Assembly (NCBI GenBank): GCA_030647355.1
Contig: JAUSIS010000004.1
Span: forward strand, 4,066-68,065
From: a bacterium
Lineage (GTDB): Bacteria; Patescibacteriota; UBA1384; VFKW01
Length of the DNA: 64,000 nt
Direction of reading: 5' to 3'
The position numbers and the translations under genes were made by a program. A model generated the notes under the pieces. The model was given only the letters and a program-made list of their open reading frames with translations, was not told where the DNA came from and did not search any database. Numbering within the stretch: the stretch's first letter is position 1; every line of letters starts with the position of its first letter. Shown here piece after piece: positions 38,247-48,520 of this stretch.

Positions 38247-40718
38247 TTGTCTCATTATGGACATTTCTCAAAGACGGGCGATGAATATATAATAAATCGT
38301 CCCGATACTCCAAAGCCGTGGATAAATCTAATTACAAATGGAAAATATTGCGCCTTAGTTTCTCAAACAGGCGGAGGTTATTCTTTTGTCGGAGATGCCG
38401 GTTATAATCGTATTCTAAAAGAGCAGCCGGGCGAGGAGTTAATTTATGATCGCCCAGGCAGATATATTTATGTAAGGGATAATGAGACAAAAGAAATTTG
38501 GGGACTAACTTGGCAACCGAACCGAACCGATTATCAGTTTTTTGAAGCCCGACACGGTTTGGGATACACAAAAGTTAATTGTATAACCAATGGTATTGAT
38601 GGAAAAGTAACTTATTTTGTCCCGCTTGAAGATACTTGCGAAATCTGGATGACAAATATTAAAAATAAGAGTAATAAAAAACGCGATCTTTCGCTGTTTG
38701 TTTATGTGGAATGGAGCTTAGGAAATCATCATGCCAATCTAGCCGAAGCCAGTTTTAACGATTTGTTTAACGATTTGGAATATGAAGATGGGGCAATATT
38801 TGCTACTAAAAGACGTTGGGATCGCCCGGATATTAAAGTGGCGCCATGGGATAAAGTAGCTTTTTTGACAATTAATACTGAAGTTGACGGGTTTGATTGC
38901 TTTAAAGAGAAATTTACCGGAATGTATGGATCGCTTGATAAGCCGCTGGCAGTACAAGAAGGGAAATGTTCAGGAAGTAAGGGAGATGGGCATCATAGTG
39001 TGGGAGCCTTGCAGAAGAATGTCATTCTCAATCCAGGCGAGGAGCTAAGTTTTGATGTTATTTTGGGAACCGAGGAGAGGGAGAATTTTAATTTAGAGAA
39101 ACAGAAATGGTCTTTTAAAGAGCTGGGAATTGATAAGCACATTATTAAAAAATACAAAAAACATGAAGCAGTGGAAAGTGCGTTTGAAGAATTAACTACG
39201 TTTTGGCATAAATATATAAATCGAGTCACTGTTAAAACACCCGATCCTGATTTTAATACCTCTTTTAATTATTGGAATAAGTATCAAGCATGGATGACTG
39301 TTCAGTGGTCGCTGATGGATTCTTATTATGTTGGCGGTAGTGCCACTTTTGGATTTCGAGATATGAATCAGCATATCCTTGGCACATTACCAAATGATAT
39401 AGAATTATCAAAAGAACGTTTGGTGACACTGCTTAGTTACCAGTATAGCGAGGGTAAAACAGTACATAACTGGGATGCTCTTTTGAAGAAAGGGGTAATC
39501 ACTGATCATTCGGACGACACAATGTGGCTGGTGATGGCGGTAATAAATTATATTGAGGAAACGGGCGATATTGCCTTTTTGGAAGAGACCGTTTCGTATC
39601 ATGACGACGGGGAGGCGACTGTTTTCCAGCATATAGTAAGAGCAATTGAATTTACACTTACTCACTGTTCAAATCGGGGTATTCCTCATCGCAGAACTGC
39701 CGATTGGAATGATGCCTTAGATGGAGGGAAAGAGGGTAAAGGCGAATCCGCTATGGTGGCTAATCAGTTATGTTATAATTTGCGAAAGTTGTTTCCGATT
39801 CTGGAGAAAGCACATCAAGATGATTTAACTAAGAGATACCGAGCCGTCTATGAAAAGGTAAAAAGATCGCTTAACAAAGATTTCTGGGATGGTAAATGGT
39901 ATATCAGGGCAACATTAGATGATGGAAGTCCAATCGGAAGCCACTTGAATAGAGAAGCTAAAATAGATATAAATGGGCAAACTTGGCCAGTCATGTCTGG
40001 GGTAGCTGATTATAAGCGTGGTGTTCAAGTGATGGATTCTGTATGGAAATACCTCATGACAGATTATGGACCGACTATGTTCAGTCCGCCTTTCGACGAG
40101 CCATCAAAAGAATTTGGCATTATTTCGCAGTTTACTCCTGGAACTAAAGAAAATGGTGCAATATTCAACCATCCGGTTTCTTGGGCGGTAATTGCTGAGT
40201 GTATGTTGGGACGCGGCGATAAAGCATATGAAATTTGGCGAAGAACTTCTTTTATGACACGGGGTAAAAATCCGGAATTATATCGAGTTGAGCCATATGT
40301 TTACGCGGAATTTGTCTATGGGCCGCCGCATCCGGAACTTGGGAGAGGTTCTTTTACCTGGACCACTGGTTCGGCTTCTTGGTTTTGGAGGGCATGTTTA
40401 GACTATATCTGCGGCGTAAGACCAGTCTTAGACGGATTAATGATTGATCCATGCATACCTAAAGAATGGGGTGAATTAGAGGTAAAAAGAGCTTTCAGGG
40501 GTGGAGATTATTATATTAAAATAAAAAATCCATTAAAAGTTATGACGGGAGTAGGATCGATTAAGGCAGATGGAAAAGAGATTACAGGTAATATTATCCC
40601 CGACTTAGGAACCGGTCACCATATTATCGAAGTAGTCATGGGAAAAGATCATAAAAAGTCTATACAAGAATCTCATAAACAACAAAACGAAAGAATCAAA
40701 GTCAAAGATATTAGATAG
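38247..40718 (+). CDS. GH94-like glycoside phosphorylase (cellobiose/chitobiose-phosphorylase family)
   Basis: 823 aa. C-terminal region ..EPYVYAEFVYGPPHPELGRGSFTWTTGSASWFWRA.. resembles the GH94 catalytic (alpha/alpha)6 domain. Confidence 0.6.
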   Translation: MSHYGHFSKTGDEYIINRPDTPKPWINLITNGKYCALVSQTGGGYSFVGDAGYNRILKEQPGEELIYDRPGRYIYVRDNETKEIWGLTWQPNRTDYQFFEARHGLGYTKVNCITNGIDGKVTYFVPLEDTCEIWMTNIKNKSNKKRDLSLFVYVEWSLGNHHANLAEASFNDLFNDLEYEDGAIFATKRRWDRPDIKVAPWDKVAFLTINTEVDGFDCFKEKFTGMYGSLDKPLAVQEGKCSGSKGDGHHSVGALQKNVILNPGEELSFDVILGTEERENFNLEKQKWSFKELGIDKHIIKKYKKHEAVESAFEELTTFWHKYINRVTVKTPDPDFNTSFNYWNKYQAWMTVQWSLMDSYYVGGSATFGFRDMNQHILGTLPNDIELSKERLVTLLSYQYSEGKTVHNWDALLKKGVITDHSDDTMWLVMAVINYIEETGDIAFLEETVSYHDDGEATVFQHIVRAIEFTLTHCSNRGIPHRRTADWNDALDGGKEGKGESAMVANQLCYNLRKLFPILEKAHQDDLTKRYRAVYEKVKRSLNKDFWDGKWYIRATLDDGSPIGSHLNREAKIDINGQTWPVMSGVADYKRGVQVMDSVWKYLMTDYGPTMFSPPFDEPSKEFGIISQFTPGTKENGAIFNHPVSWAVIAECMLGRGDKAYEIWRRTSFMTRGKNPELYRVEPYVYAEFVYGPPHPELGRGSFTWTTGSASWFWRACLDYICGVRPVLDGLMIDPCIPKEWGELEVKRAFRGGDYYIKIKNPLKVMTGVGSIKADGKEITGNIIPDLGTGHHIIEVVMGKDHKKSIQESHKQQNERIKVKDIR

Positions 40719-40735
40719 ATCTGCTTGACTGGCTA

Positions 40736-41731
40736 GTGGAGAACAACTATTATCTAGTGGGAGTGCCAGTGATGCAGTTATTCAAGCGATTTGAAAAAAA
40801 TCCAATTCTCGAGCCAACAAGTAATCCTTGGGAATCAAAAGCTGTTTTTAATGCTGCGGCTGCTAAAGTCGGTAGTGAAATAAAGTTGCTCTATAGAGCT
40901 GTCGGCGATGATAATATATCCAGGATCGGAATAGCAACAAGCTATGATGGTTATACTTTTTCTCGGCAGGATCAGCCGATACTCGAGGGACAAGCCAATA
41001 ATCCCTATGAAACACGAGGGATTGAAGATCCTCGAATTACTTTTTTGGACGGTTATTATAATATTCTATATGTAGCGGCATCATTGTACCCCGAGGGACA
41101 TCCGAAACCAGTTTGGGCATATGATGCACCTTGGAGAGTTCGGATTGCTCTAGCAAGAACAAAAGATTTTGTCAATTTTGAGCGGGACGGAGTGGTAATT
41201 AAAGATCGGGATAGTAAAGATCCGGCTCTTTTTGGTGAACGCATTGCAGATAAACTATACCTTATTCATAGAATTTACCCTTCCGTTTGGCTAAGTGTCG
41301 GCAGAGAGTGGGGCGTTTGGGAAAGTCACAAATGCATCTTAGAACCTCGCAAAGGGATGTGGGACGGCGAGCGTATCGGAGCCGGGCCGCCGCCCATTAA
41401 AACAAAAGAGGGTTGGCTCCTTATTTATCATGGTAAGGATCGTGAAGGAGTTTATCGTAGCGGTGCGGCATTGTTGGATAGTAAGGATCCTAGTAGAGTA
41501 TTAGCACGAAGTAGCGAACCGTTTTTAGAGCCAGAGGCAGAACATGAAAAAGGTATAATAAGCGGGAATAAATCGGTGGCTGTTTTTTCTTGCGGAGTAA
41601 TTTCCCAAGCAAGCGAACTCATAGTTTATTACGGCGCCGCCGATAGAGTGCTATGTGTAGGAACAATTAGTATTAACGAACTACTGGGAACATTAGAACC
41701 CGAGAAAGTTTCTAAAGGGGTTCAAATATGA
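40736..41731 (+). CDS. GH130-family beta-glycoside phosphorylase (5-bladed beta-propeller, DUF377)
   Basis: ..FKRFEKNPILEP..WESKAVFNAAAA..LLYRAVG..IGIATSYDGYTF..ETRGIEDPRITF.. typical GH130 blocks. Confidence 0.65.
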   Translation: MENNYYLVGVPVMQLFKRFEKNPILEPTSNPWESKAVFNAAAAKVGSEIKLLYRAVGDDNISRIGIATSYDGYTFSRQDQPILEGQANNPYETRGIEDPRITFLDGYYNILYVAASLYPEGHPKPVWAYDAPWRVRIALARTKDFVNFERDGVVIKDRDSKDPALFGERIADKLYLIHRIYPSVWLSVGREWGVWESHKCILEPRKGMWDGERIGAGPPPIKTKEGWLLIYHGKDREGVYRSGAALLDSKDPSRVLARSSEPFLEPEAEHEKGIISGNKSVAVFSCGVISQASELIVYYGAADRVLCVGTISINELLGTLEPEKVSKGVQI

Positions 41732-42564
41732 ATTATTATTTAGGTCTAGACTTAGGGGGAACTCAAATCAGAGGCGGGATTGTTGATGATGATGGTAATA
41801 TAGTCCTCGAGAAAGCAATACCCACCAAATTATCAACAAGTAGTATTGTTGATCGGTTATTTGATCTAATAAGAGAGTTAATTAGTGAATATCAAGTAAA
41901 GGCGATTGGGATTGGGGTGCCGGGTCCGATTGATTTTGGTGCCGGTTTAATACTCAACCCGCCAAATCTGCCTGAATTGAACAATGTTCCTCTAAAACAA
42001 AAGATAGACCAAGAATTTAATTTACCTGTTGCTATGGATCGGGACGCCAATTGCGCTTTGATCGGTGAACATTGGGTCGGAATTGCCAAAGGGATGCAGA
42101 ATATAGCTCTCATTACTTGGGGTACCGGTGTAGGCGGAGCAGTTATTATTGATAACAAAATCTATCGCGGACACAGCGGGTTGGCAGATGAGATAGGGCA
42201 CATGATTATTGATAAAGATGGACCAGAATGTTCGCTAGGGCATCGGGGGTGCTTGGAAACATTCATCGGAGGAGCGAACGTTCAGCTAAGATATGGCAAA
42301 TCGCTGGAAGAAATTACTGCCGGAGGAAGAGAAGGGCAGGAAAGAGACAGGGAGATAGTCAGGGAAATCGGCGAGTATTTGAAGATAGGATTGATGAATA
42401 TTGTTACCTTATATGATCCGGAATTGATTATCATTGATGGGGGTGCAGCTCAAAGTTTGGATGTATTTCTGCTAGAGATTGGTGATTTGCCTGTGCGTGT
42501 AAGTCCATTGGCAAAGGAGGCGGGAATTTTGGGGGCGGCGAGATTGGTAAGTGAACTTATATAG
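41728..42564 (+). CDS. ROK-family sugar kinase (glucokinase-like)
   Basis: YYLGLDLGGTQIRGGIVD N-terminal ATPase motif. CxCGxxGC-like zinc motif HRGCLE. Confidence 0.7.
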   Translation: MNYYLGLDLGGTQIRGGIVDDDGNIVLEKAIPTKLSTSSIVDRLFDLIRELISEYQVKAIGIGVPGPIDFGAGLILNPPNLPELNNVPLKQKIDQEFNLPVAMDRDANCALIGEHWVGIAKGMQNIALITWGTGVGGAVIIDNKIYRGHSGLADEIGHMIIDKDGPECSLGHRGCLETFIGGANVQLRYGKSLEEITAGGREGQERDREIVREIGEYLKIGLMNIVTLYDPELIIIDGGAAQSLDVFLLEIGDLPVRVSPLAKEAGILGAARLVSELI

Positions 42565-42572
42565 GAGGGATC

Positions 42573-43022
42573 GTGAGAAAAAATATTATGGTTCGACTGA
42601 TATTAAGTTTCAATATCTTAGGAGTAATCCTTTTCTTATTACCACAACTTATTGTAACCGCTGGTATGATTTATATGGGGAGTGCGCTTGAATTGGGAAT
42701 GAGGGAGACTGTGGGATTACTAGGATATATGTATAAAGCATTGCCCGTTAATATCTTGATAGCAGGATTGTTGATATTTGCTATATCTATTGTTGGTATA
42801 TTTGGAACGTTTAAGGATAAAAAATGGGGCAAATTATTACTGGCAATCTCAACTATCATCTATCTAGTTAATGTAATGGGTGATTTCATGCAAGCCGATG
42901 TGGCAAATAAATTAGCTGGCCTTATTATTAATCCAATTATTCTGTTAATGATATATTGGCTTGTTGGTAAAGCAAAGTTATTCCAGATTGCCCCAACCAT
43001 CTCGCTTAATAGTAAGGAATAA
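42573..43022 (+). CDS. Hypothetical polytopic membrane protein
   Basis: 149-aa hydrophobic ORF. Confidence 0.4.
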   Translation: MRKNIMVRLILSFNILGVILFLLPQLIVTAGMIYMGSALELGMRETVGLLGYMYKALPVNILIAGLLIFAISIVGIFGTFKDKKWGKLLLAISTIIYLVNVMGDFMQADVANKLAGLIINPIILLMIYWLVGKAKLFQIAPTISLNSKE

Positions 43023-43024
43023 TA

Positions 43025-43591
43025 ATGATTGGATATTTGAGAGGGAAAGTTAAATATCAAGGAGTCGGGTGGATTATTTTAGATGTGCATGATTTTGGAT
43101 ATAAAATTTTTACAAATTCAAAAGCAGAAATCGGTGATGAGATAGAGTTGTTAATACACCACTTGGTTAGAGAGGATGCGAGTGATTTGTATGGTTTTAG
43201 TGATATTGGTGAATTGGGACTTTTTGAGCAACTTTTGACAGTTTCCGGAGTCGGACCGAAGATGGGCTTGGCAATTTTGAGTATTGGTTCTGTTGAAAAG
43301 ATTAGACAGGCAATTATTAAAGGTGATACTACGCTTTTTACAAGTGTTTCGGGAATTGGTAAAAAAGTGGCGGCAAAAATTATAGTGGAATTAAAAAATA
43401 AAATGGGGTCTTCAGATGGATCGTATTTACCACAAGATAACAGCGAGGACTCAGATTTGATAGCGGCTTTGGAACAATTGGGATATAAGCAAATGGAGAT
43501 TTTTGAAGTGCTAAAAAATATACCCTCTGAATTGTCCGGTACCAAGACTAAGTTGACTTGGGCGCTTCAGAGGATGAAAAAAGTGAAGTGA
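43025..43591 (+). CDS. ruvA: Holliday junction branch-migration protein RuvA
   Basis: MIGYLRGKV..., plus the HhH region LLTVSGVGPKMGLAILS. Confidence 0.85.
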   Translation: MIGYLRGKVKYQGVGWIILDVHDFGYKIFTNSKAEIGDEIELLIHHLVREDASDLYGFSDIGELGLFEQLLTVSGVGPKMGLAILSIGSVEKIRQAIIKGDTTLFTSVSGIGKKVAAKIIVELKNKMGSSDGSYLPQDNSEDSDLIAALEQLGYKQMEIFEVLKNIPSELSGTKTKLTWALQRMKKVK

Positions 43592-44450
43592 GAGAGATAT
43601 TCTTTTGAATTTTATTATCCAGTAGTAAAATGAGCCAAGCTAAAAATATAGTTGTTATAAGAAAAAGGGGGATTTCCCAAGAATTTTGAAGGGGAAATAG
43701 TTTCAATAGCGGGAAATGGATTAAAAAAGCGGGAAAAGAAATCACCGCAAGGAAGGTAACAGGTTTATTAAATATGGAAAGCGAAAGCGATTGAATAAAA
43801 TTATATACCCTTTCAGTTTTTATCAACCAAAGCCCTAAGCTAAATTCGAAAAGACGGCAAAGAGGAAACCAATCGATTGGGCGATGGACGCTTAACCAGT
43901 ATTTACCAACATACCATCTGCTAAAAATACTAATAATCAATATTGCTAATAAAATAAAGTTTTTTTGCTTATCCATCATTTTAGAGACAAATGGGTAGAG
44001 TAAGTACAGAGCCATTATTAATCCGATAAACCATGTCACAGGGCTGATAAATATAGTTTCCCAATGCATACCACTTAGACCCTGTAGGCCTGTCGCATTG
44101 AAAAGATAGTTTTTCCAGGTGAAGCCGAGAGGATTACCGAGGTAAAGAGTAATCAGGATGGCGAAGATTAAAGTCATCCAATATATAGGATAGATTCTCT
44201 GGATTCTTTTCAACATAAACTCTCGGAAATCTACTTTTTTCTTAGCATAACTAAGCTCAATAGCCATACCGCTCAATATAAGGAACAAAGTGACGCCTAT
44301 TCCACCCCATGTTACATAATAAAATCCTTCAATACCAAAAAAACCTCCAAGAGGGCTGCCAAGTTTCTGGGCAATGTGAACAGCAATGATTAAGCCGACA
44401 GCGATTACCCGCATGATGTCCAGGATAATAATACGTTTAGTAGCCAGCAT
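43548..44450 (-). CDS. Acyltransferase family 3 (OafA-like) membrane protein
   Basis: ILDIMRVIAVGLIIAVH N-terminal acyltransferase_3 signature. About 10 TM helices. Start at MLATKR after an AGGAAG RBS. Confidence 0.65.
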   Translation of the reverse strand: MLATKRIIILDIMRVIAVGLIIAVHIAQKLGSPLGGFFGIEGFYYVTWGGIGVTLFLILSGMAIELSYAKKKVDFREFMLKRIQRIYPIYWMTLIFAILITLYLGNPLGFTWKNYLFNATGLQGLSGMHWETIFISPVTWFIGLIMALYLLYPFVSKMMDKQKNFILLAILIISIFSRWYVGKYWLSVHRPIDWFPLCRLFEFSLGLWLIKTERVYNFIQSLSLSIFNKPVTFLAVISFPAFLIHFPLLKLFPLQNSWEIPLFLITTIFLAWLILLLDNKIQKNISLTSLFSSSEAPKST

Positions 44451-44599
44451 TTTACTTCCTTTAATAAATGTTACCATCCAGCGACCGATCTGCCAACCGT
44501 TTAAAAATTTTTCCACCAGCTAGACGGCTGGAAGCAGTATAAAAGTCCACCGAGATCCCGGGTTTTTTTCTTGTATAAATTCAGGTATAATTCTGTCGT

Positions 44600-46630
44600 A
44601 TGTTAGACTTAGATATTTCAATTAGTGCTCTTCCCGGGGTCGGCCCAAAAATTAAAGAAAAGCTAGAAAGAGTCGGTTTACGGCAAATCAGCGACCTATT
44701 GTTTTATTTCCCCAGAAAATGGGAGGATTATCGAAATTTCACTCCAATTGCATGGTGCCGTAGGGACGAAGAGGTAACAATTAAAGGTATTATTATTAAA
44801 GTCGAAAAGGAGCGGACACGGCTTCGCAACATGATGATTGTTAAGGCAAGGGTGCAAGATGAAACTGGAGAAATCAACGCGGTGTGGTTCAACCAGGGAT
44901 TCATGGAACGGATGGTGAGAGCTAATCAGAAAGTTACTCTACATGGCAAGGTTGATTTTGATTGGAAAAACAAAGAACGAGTACTCGCCTCCCCTATTCT
45001 AGTAAAGGAAGAGAAGATCGTTCCGGTTTATAGCGAGGGAGCTGGAATTTCCAGTAAAATTTATGAGAAGATCATCAAATCGGCTTTGGCTGTTGCGGAT
45101 AATCTTGAAGAATGGCTGCCAGATGAAGTTAAGGAAGAACATGATTTAATTAATTTAGCAGAAGCTATCAAACAGATTCATCATCCCAGTTCTTTTGAGG
45201 CACTTAATGCGGCAAAATTACGGTTGGCATTTGATGAGTTATTTTTGATCGCCTTGTCTATGGCGGAAGCCAGAGCCGAGCTCAAAAAAGAAAAGGGATT
45301 ACCGGTGAAAATAGATGAAGAGTTATTGAAAAAGTTTACCTCAAAATTGCCCTATATATTAACCGATGCGCAAAGGAAAGCAACTTGGGAGATTATAAAA
45401 GATGTAGAAAGAGGACGACCGATGAATAGATTGGTCGAGGGCGATGTTGGGTCCGGAAAAACGGTTGTCGGTACTATGGCAGCTCTGGCGGTTATCAATA
45501 ATGGCTATCAAGTGGCTTGGATGGCACCGACCGAGATTCTAGCAAGACAGCACTATAAAAATGTCGCCGATATGCTAAACTTCTTTGGTATAAAAATTGC
45601 TTTGGTGACAGGCAATTTAAAGGAAGATTACACCGATGCAGATATGATAATTGGGACGCATGCATTAATCCAAGATAATATGGTATATAAAAATTTAGGA
45701 TTGGTAATAGTGGACGAACAGCACCGTTTTGGCGTCGCCCAAAGAAGCAAGTTGCGCAATAAACAACATGAAGACCGAATGCCTCATTTACTATCTATGA
45801 CGGCAACACCGATTCCCAGGACACTGGCTTTGGCATTGTACGGCGATCTGGAGATTTCAATAATAAATCAAATGCCGGAGGGACGGCAGAAGGTGAAAAC
45901 TCAAGTTGTGTCCCCGACCGATCGGCAGAAAGCGTATGATTTTATCAAAGCGGAAATTTTAAAAGGGAGACAGGCATTTGTGATTTGTCCGCTCATCGAA
46001 TCGAGCAATTCTAAAATACCGGATGGACAGATCGATCTATTTGAGGTGGAGAGGAAATCGGCAGTTAAAGAATTTGAGAAATTATCGAAAAATGTATTTC
46101 CAGACTTATCGATCGGGCTATTGCATGGGAGAATGAAAGCCAAAGAAAAAGAATTAATAATGAATGATTTTTCAAAAGGGAAGATTAATATTTTAGTGGC
46201 GACGGCGGTGGTGGAAGTGGGAATAGATATACCTAACGCCACCGTTATGATGATCGAAGGGGCTGAAAGATTCGGCTTGGCGCAACTACACCAATTTCGC
46301 GGCAGAGTAGGGCGGGGGAAGAGCCAAGCATATTGCTTGCTGTTTTCGGAAAGTTGGAGCGATACGACAAAACTCAGATTACAGGCGCTAGTAGAAAGCA
46401 ACGACGGTTTTGAATTGGCAGAGAGAGATCTCCAGCTTCGAGGACCGGGAGAATTAGCAGGAATCAGGCAATCAGGTTTGCCCGACTTGAAGATGGCTTC
46501 ATTAACCGATACAATATTAATTAAGAAAGCGCGGGTTTCGGCGGAAAGGTTGATCGCGCGAGGATTGAATCGCTATCCCCTACTTAATAAAAAACTTGAC
46601 GAATTTGAACATTCTCGCCATTTAGAATGA
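44600..46630 (+). CDS. recG: ATP-dependent DNA helicase RecG
   Basis: Wedge/OB domain, DVGSGKTVV Walker A, DEQHRFGV DEAH box. 676 aa. Confidence 0.85.
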   Translation: MLDLDISISALPGVGPKIKEKLERVGLRQISDLLFYFPRKWEDYRNFTPIAWCRRDEEVTIKGIIIKVEKERTRLRNMMIVKARVQDETGEINAVWFNQGFMERMVRANQKVTLHGKVDFDWKNKERVLASPILVKEEKIVPVYSEGAGISSKIYEKIIKSALAVADNLEEWLPDEVKEEHDLINLAEAIKQIHHPSSFEALNAAKLRLAFDELFLIALSMAEARAELKKEKGLPVKIDEELLKKFTSKLPYILTDAQRKATWEIIKDVERGRPMNRLVEGDVGSGKTVVGTMAALAVINNGYQVAWMAPTEILARQHYKNVADMLNFFGIKIALVTGNLKEDYTDADMIIGTHALIQDNMVYKNLGLVIVDEQHRFGVAQRSKLRNKQHEDRMPHLLSMTATPIPRTLALALYGDLEISIINQMPEGRQKVKTQVVSPTDRQKAYDFIKAEILKGRQAFVICPLIESSNSKIPDGQIDLFEVERKSAVKEFEKLSKNVFPDLSIGLLHGRMKAKEKELIMNDFSKGKINILVATAVVEVGIDIPNATVMMIEGAERFGLAQLHQFRGRVGRGKSQAYCLLFSESWSDTTKLRLQALVESNDGFELAERDLQLRGPGELAGIRQSGLPDLKMASLTDTILIKKARVSAERLIARGLNRYPLLNKKLDEFEHSRHLE

Positions 46631-46639
46631 GAGTTTGAA

Positions 46640-47116
46640 ATGAAGAAATTATTAGATAAATATCAGATCCATATTACAGTCGCGTTAATTCTATTTATCG
46701 CTATCGGCGGACTAGCTCTTTTGTACGAGCAACAAAGAGATAAGATTATCGGCGCTCAAAACACGCTGAAAGTCGAAAAGGAAGGTTGGCAGAGAGAAAA
46801 GGATGAGTTGAGTGAGCAAGTTAGCCAGCTAGAAACGCAAGTCAGTGAGATTCAGAAACAGAAAGCTTCCATAAGCGGAGGGACAGCTACTGGTGTATCA
46901 ACCAGCAATACAACTAGTACCACCGGTTTGATTGATATCAATACTGCCGATAAAACCGTGCTCGACACTTTACCGGGTATTGGCGAGACTAAGGCAGAAG
47001 CGATTATTGAGTACCGCAGCGGACATGGTTTATTTAAGAGAATCGAGGATTTAAAGCAAGTCAAAGGTATCGGTGATGCAACCTTTGAAAAGTTAAAAGA
47101 CAAGATAACAATATGA
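46640..47116 (+). CDS. comEA: ComEA-like DNA-binding competence protein (helix-hairpin-helix)
   Basis: TM anchor followed by IDINTADKTVLDTLPGIGETKAEAIIEYR...IEDLKQVKGIG HhH pair. Confidence 0.75.
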   Translation: MKKLLDKYQIHITVALILFIAIGGLALLYEQQRDKIIGAQNTLKVEKEGWQREKDELSEQVSQLETQVSEIQKQKASISGGTATGVSTSNTTSTTGLIDINTADKTVLDTLPGIGETKAEAIIEYRSGHGLFKRIEDLKQVKGIGDATFEKLKDKITI

Positions 47117-47256
47117 TGGTAAGATAAAAATATGGAAATACGACTGAAAAAAATAAAGTCGCTTAAGACAGAAACCTTTTGTAATAACACTAAGCTAACG
47201 CCAATTAGAGTAAAACTTTTTAAATAACCCAGCCGTTCGAGTATGAGAGGTAAAAA

Positions 47257-47706
47257 ATGATGAAACCAATTACAAATAATTTAATCGTCGAACTGCATGT
47301 GCCGGATTTAAACATTGCAAAGGAATTTTATTCTAAATTAGGATTTAATGTTTCGTTGGACGATAAGCCGAATGAAAAAGAATTAGGCTACTTGACCATG
47401 ATTCGCAGTGATCCTGCCGGTAAAACCATGCTGAACTTTTATGGCGGTGACGAGAGAGTTAATAACCAGTCTTTTTTTAAGCAATTTCCAAAAGAAACAA
47501 AAAGAGGATATGCGATAGAAGTGACTATTGTTGTTGCAAGGATTGATGAATTTTACGATAAGATTAAAACGAGCTTAAAGGACAATATTGTCCGGGAAAT
47601 AAAGGAGCTGGAGGATCACAACCATAAATGGAAAGATTTCCGCATGGTTGATCCGTTTGGCTTTTACTTACGCTTCACAGAACTTATTAATTGGGGTCAA
47701 AAGTAA
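47257..47706 (+). CDS. VOC/glyoxalase-bleomycin-resistance-fold protein (putative)
   Basis: N-terminal LIVELHVPDLNIAKEFYSKLGF resembles the VOC beta-alpha-beta-beta-beta module. Confidence 0.4.
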   Translation: MMKPITNNLIVELHVPDLNIAKEFYSKLGFNVSLDDKPNEKELGYLTMIRSDPAGKTMLNFYGGDERVNNQSFFKQFPKETKRGYAIEVTIVVARIDEFYDKIKTSLKDNIVREIKELEDHNHKWKDFRMVDPFGFYLRFTELINWGQK

Positions 47707-47794
47707 CGCCTCGTCGCGGTGAGGCGTTGAAATAACCTGTTGCCGGATTGACGAATATTTGCCTGCGGAGTAGGCTTAAGGCAGGGAGAGTAAA

Positions 47795-48394
47795 ATGAAA
47801 AAAACTTTAATTATTGTGGCAGCGGTAATTGTCTTCGGGGGTATTGCTTTTGCGTCATATCGCTATTGGTTATTTCAGAGCCAACTACCTCCGACAACCT
47901 CGGGTGATATAAAACTCAAGGTAGTTACGGGAGAGACAGGAAAGCCCATTTCCAATGCTAAAATCACAGTGTGCGATTTTAGCATAGTATTTGATGTTGT
48001 CCCGGGGGAGATCCGATCATATTGCGAAAGGGTAAAGGATGCTAGACGGGAAAATTCTACGAGGGTGCAAACTGCAACGGATGATCAGGGCATCTTTTAC
48101 TTAAATAAGAGCGAGTTATTGCCTGCCGCTATATATATGGTGGAAGTTAAAACTATTTCTGAAGATAGATCATCGAGTATATCTTTTGAAAATCTTAATG
48201 CCGACGGCACTGCAAGTCTTGCTAGCGAAACAATAATAAGGGTTCTAAATCAAGAAAGTGATGGGCACGTTGTCTCTAATAAATATTATGATCTGACTAC
48301 AAAACAAGTAAGAGAGGTTTTCACTGATAAAGCGGTCGCCGAAAAAACCTACCCCTATGAGACAGTGAACCTGGTCCTTTGGAGTCATGAGTAG
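47795..48394 (+). CDS. Hypothetical exported protein with a carboxypeptidase-regulatory-like beta-sandwich segment
   Basis: TM/signal at the N-terminus. LKVVTGETGKPISNAKITV motif. Confidence 0.35.
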   Translation: MKKTLIIVAAVIVFGGIAFASYRYWLFQSQLPPTTSGDIKLKVVTGETGKPISNAKITVCDFSIVFDVVPGEIRSYCERVKDARRENSTRVQTATDDQGIFYLNKSELLPAAIYMVEVKTISEDRSSSISFENLNADGTASLASETIIRVLNQESDGHVVSNKYYDLTTKQVREVFTDKAVAEKTYPYETVNLVLWSHE

Positions 48395-48520
48395 TAAAGC
48401 CAGGAATTTTTAGTAGTGAGGCGTTAAAATAACATGTTGTTTACAGTGAGCTTGTCGAATCTGTCGAATTGCAGATAGGTAAAAACGAACTATGCTTTGA
48501 GCGTATAAAAAGGGGTATTA

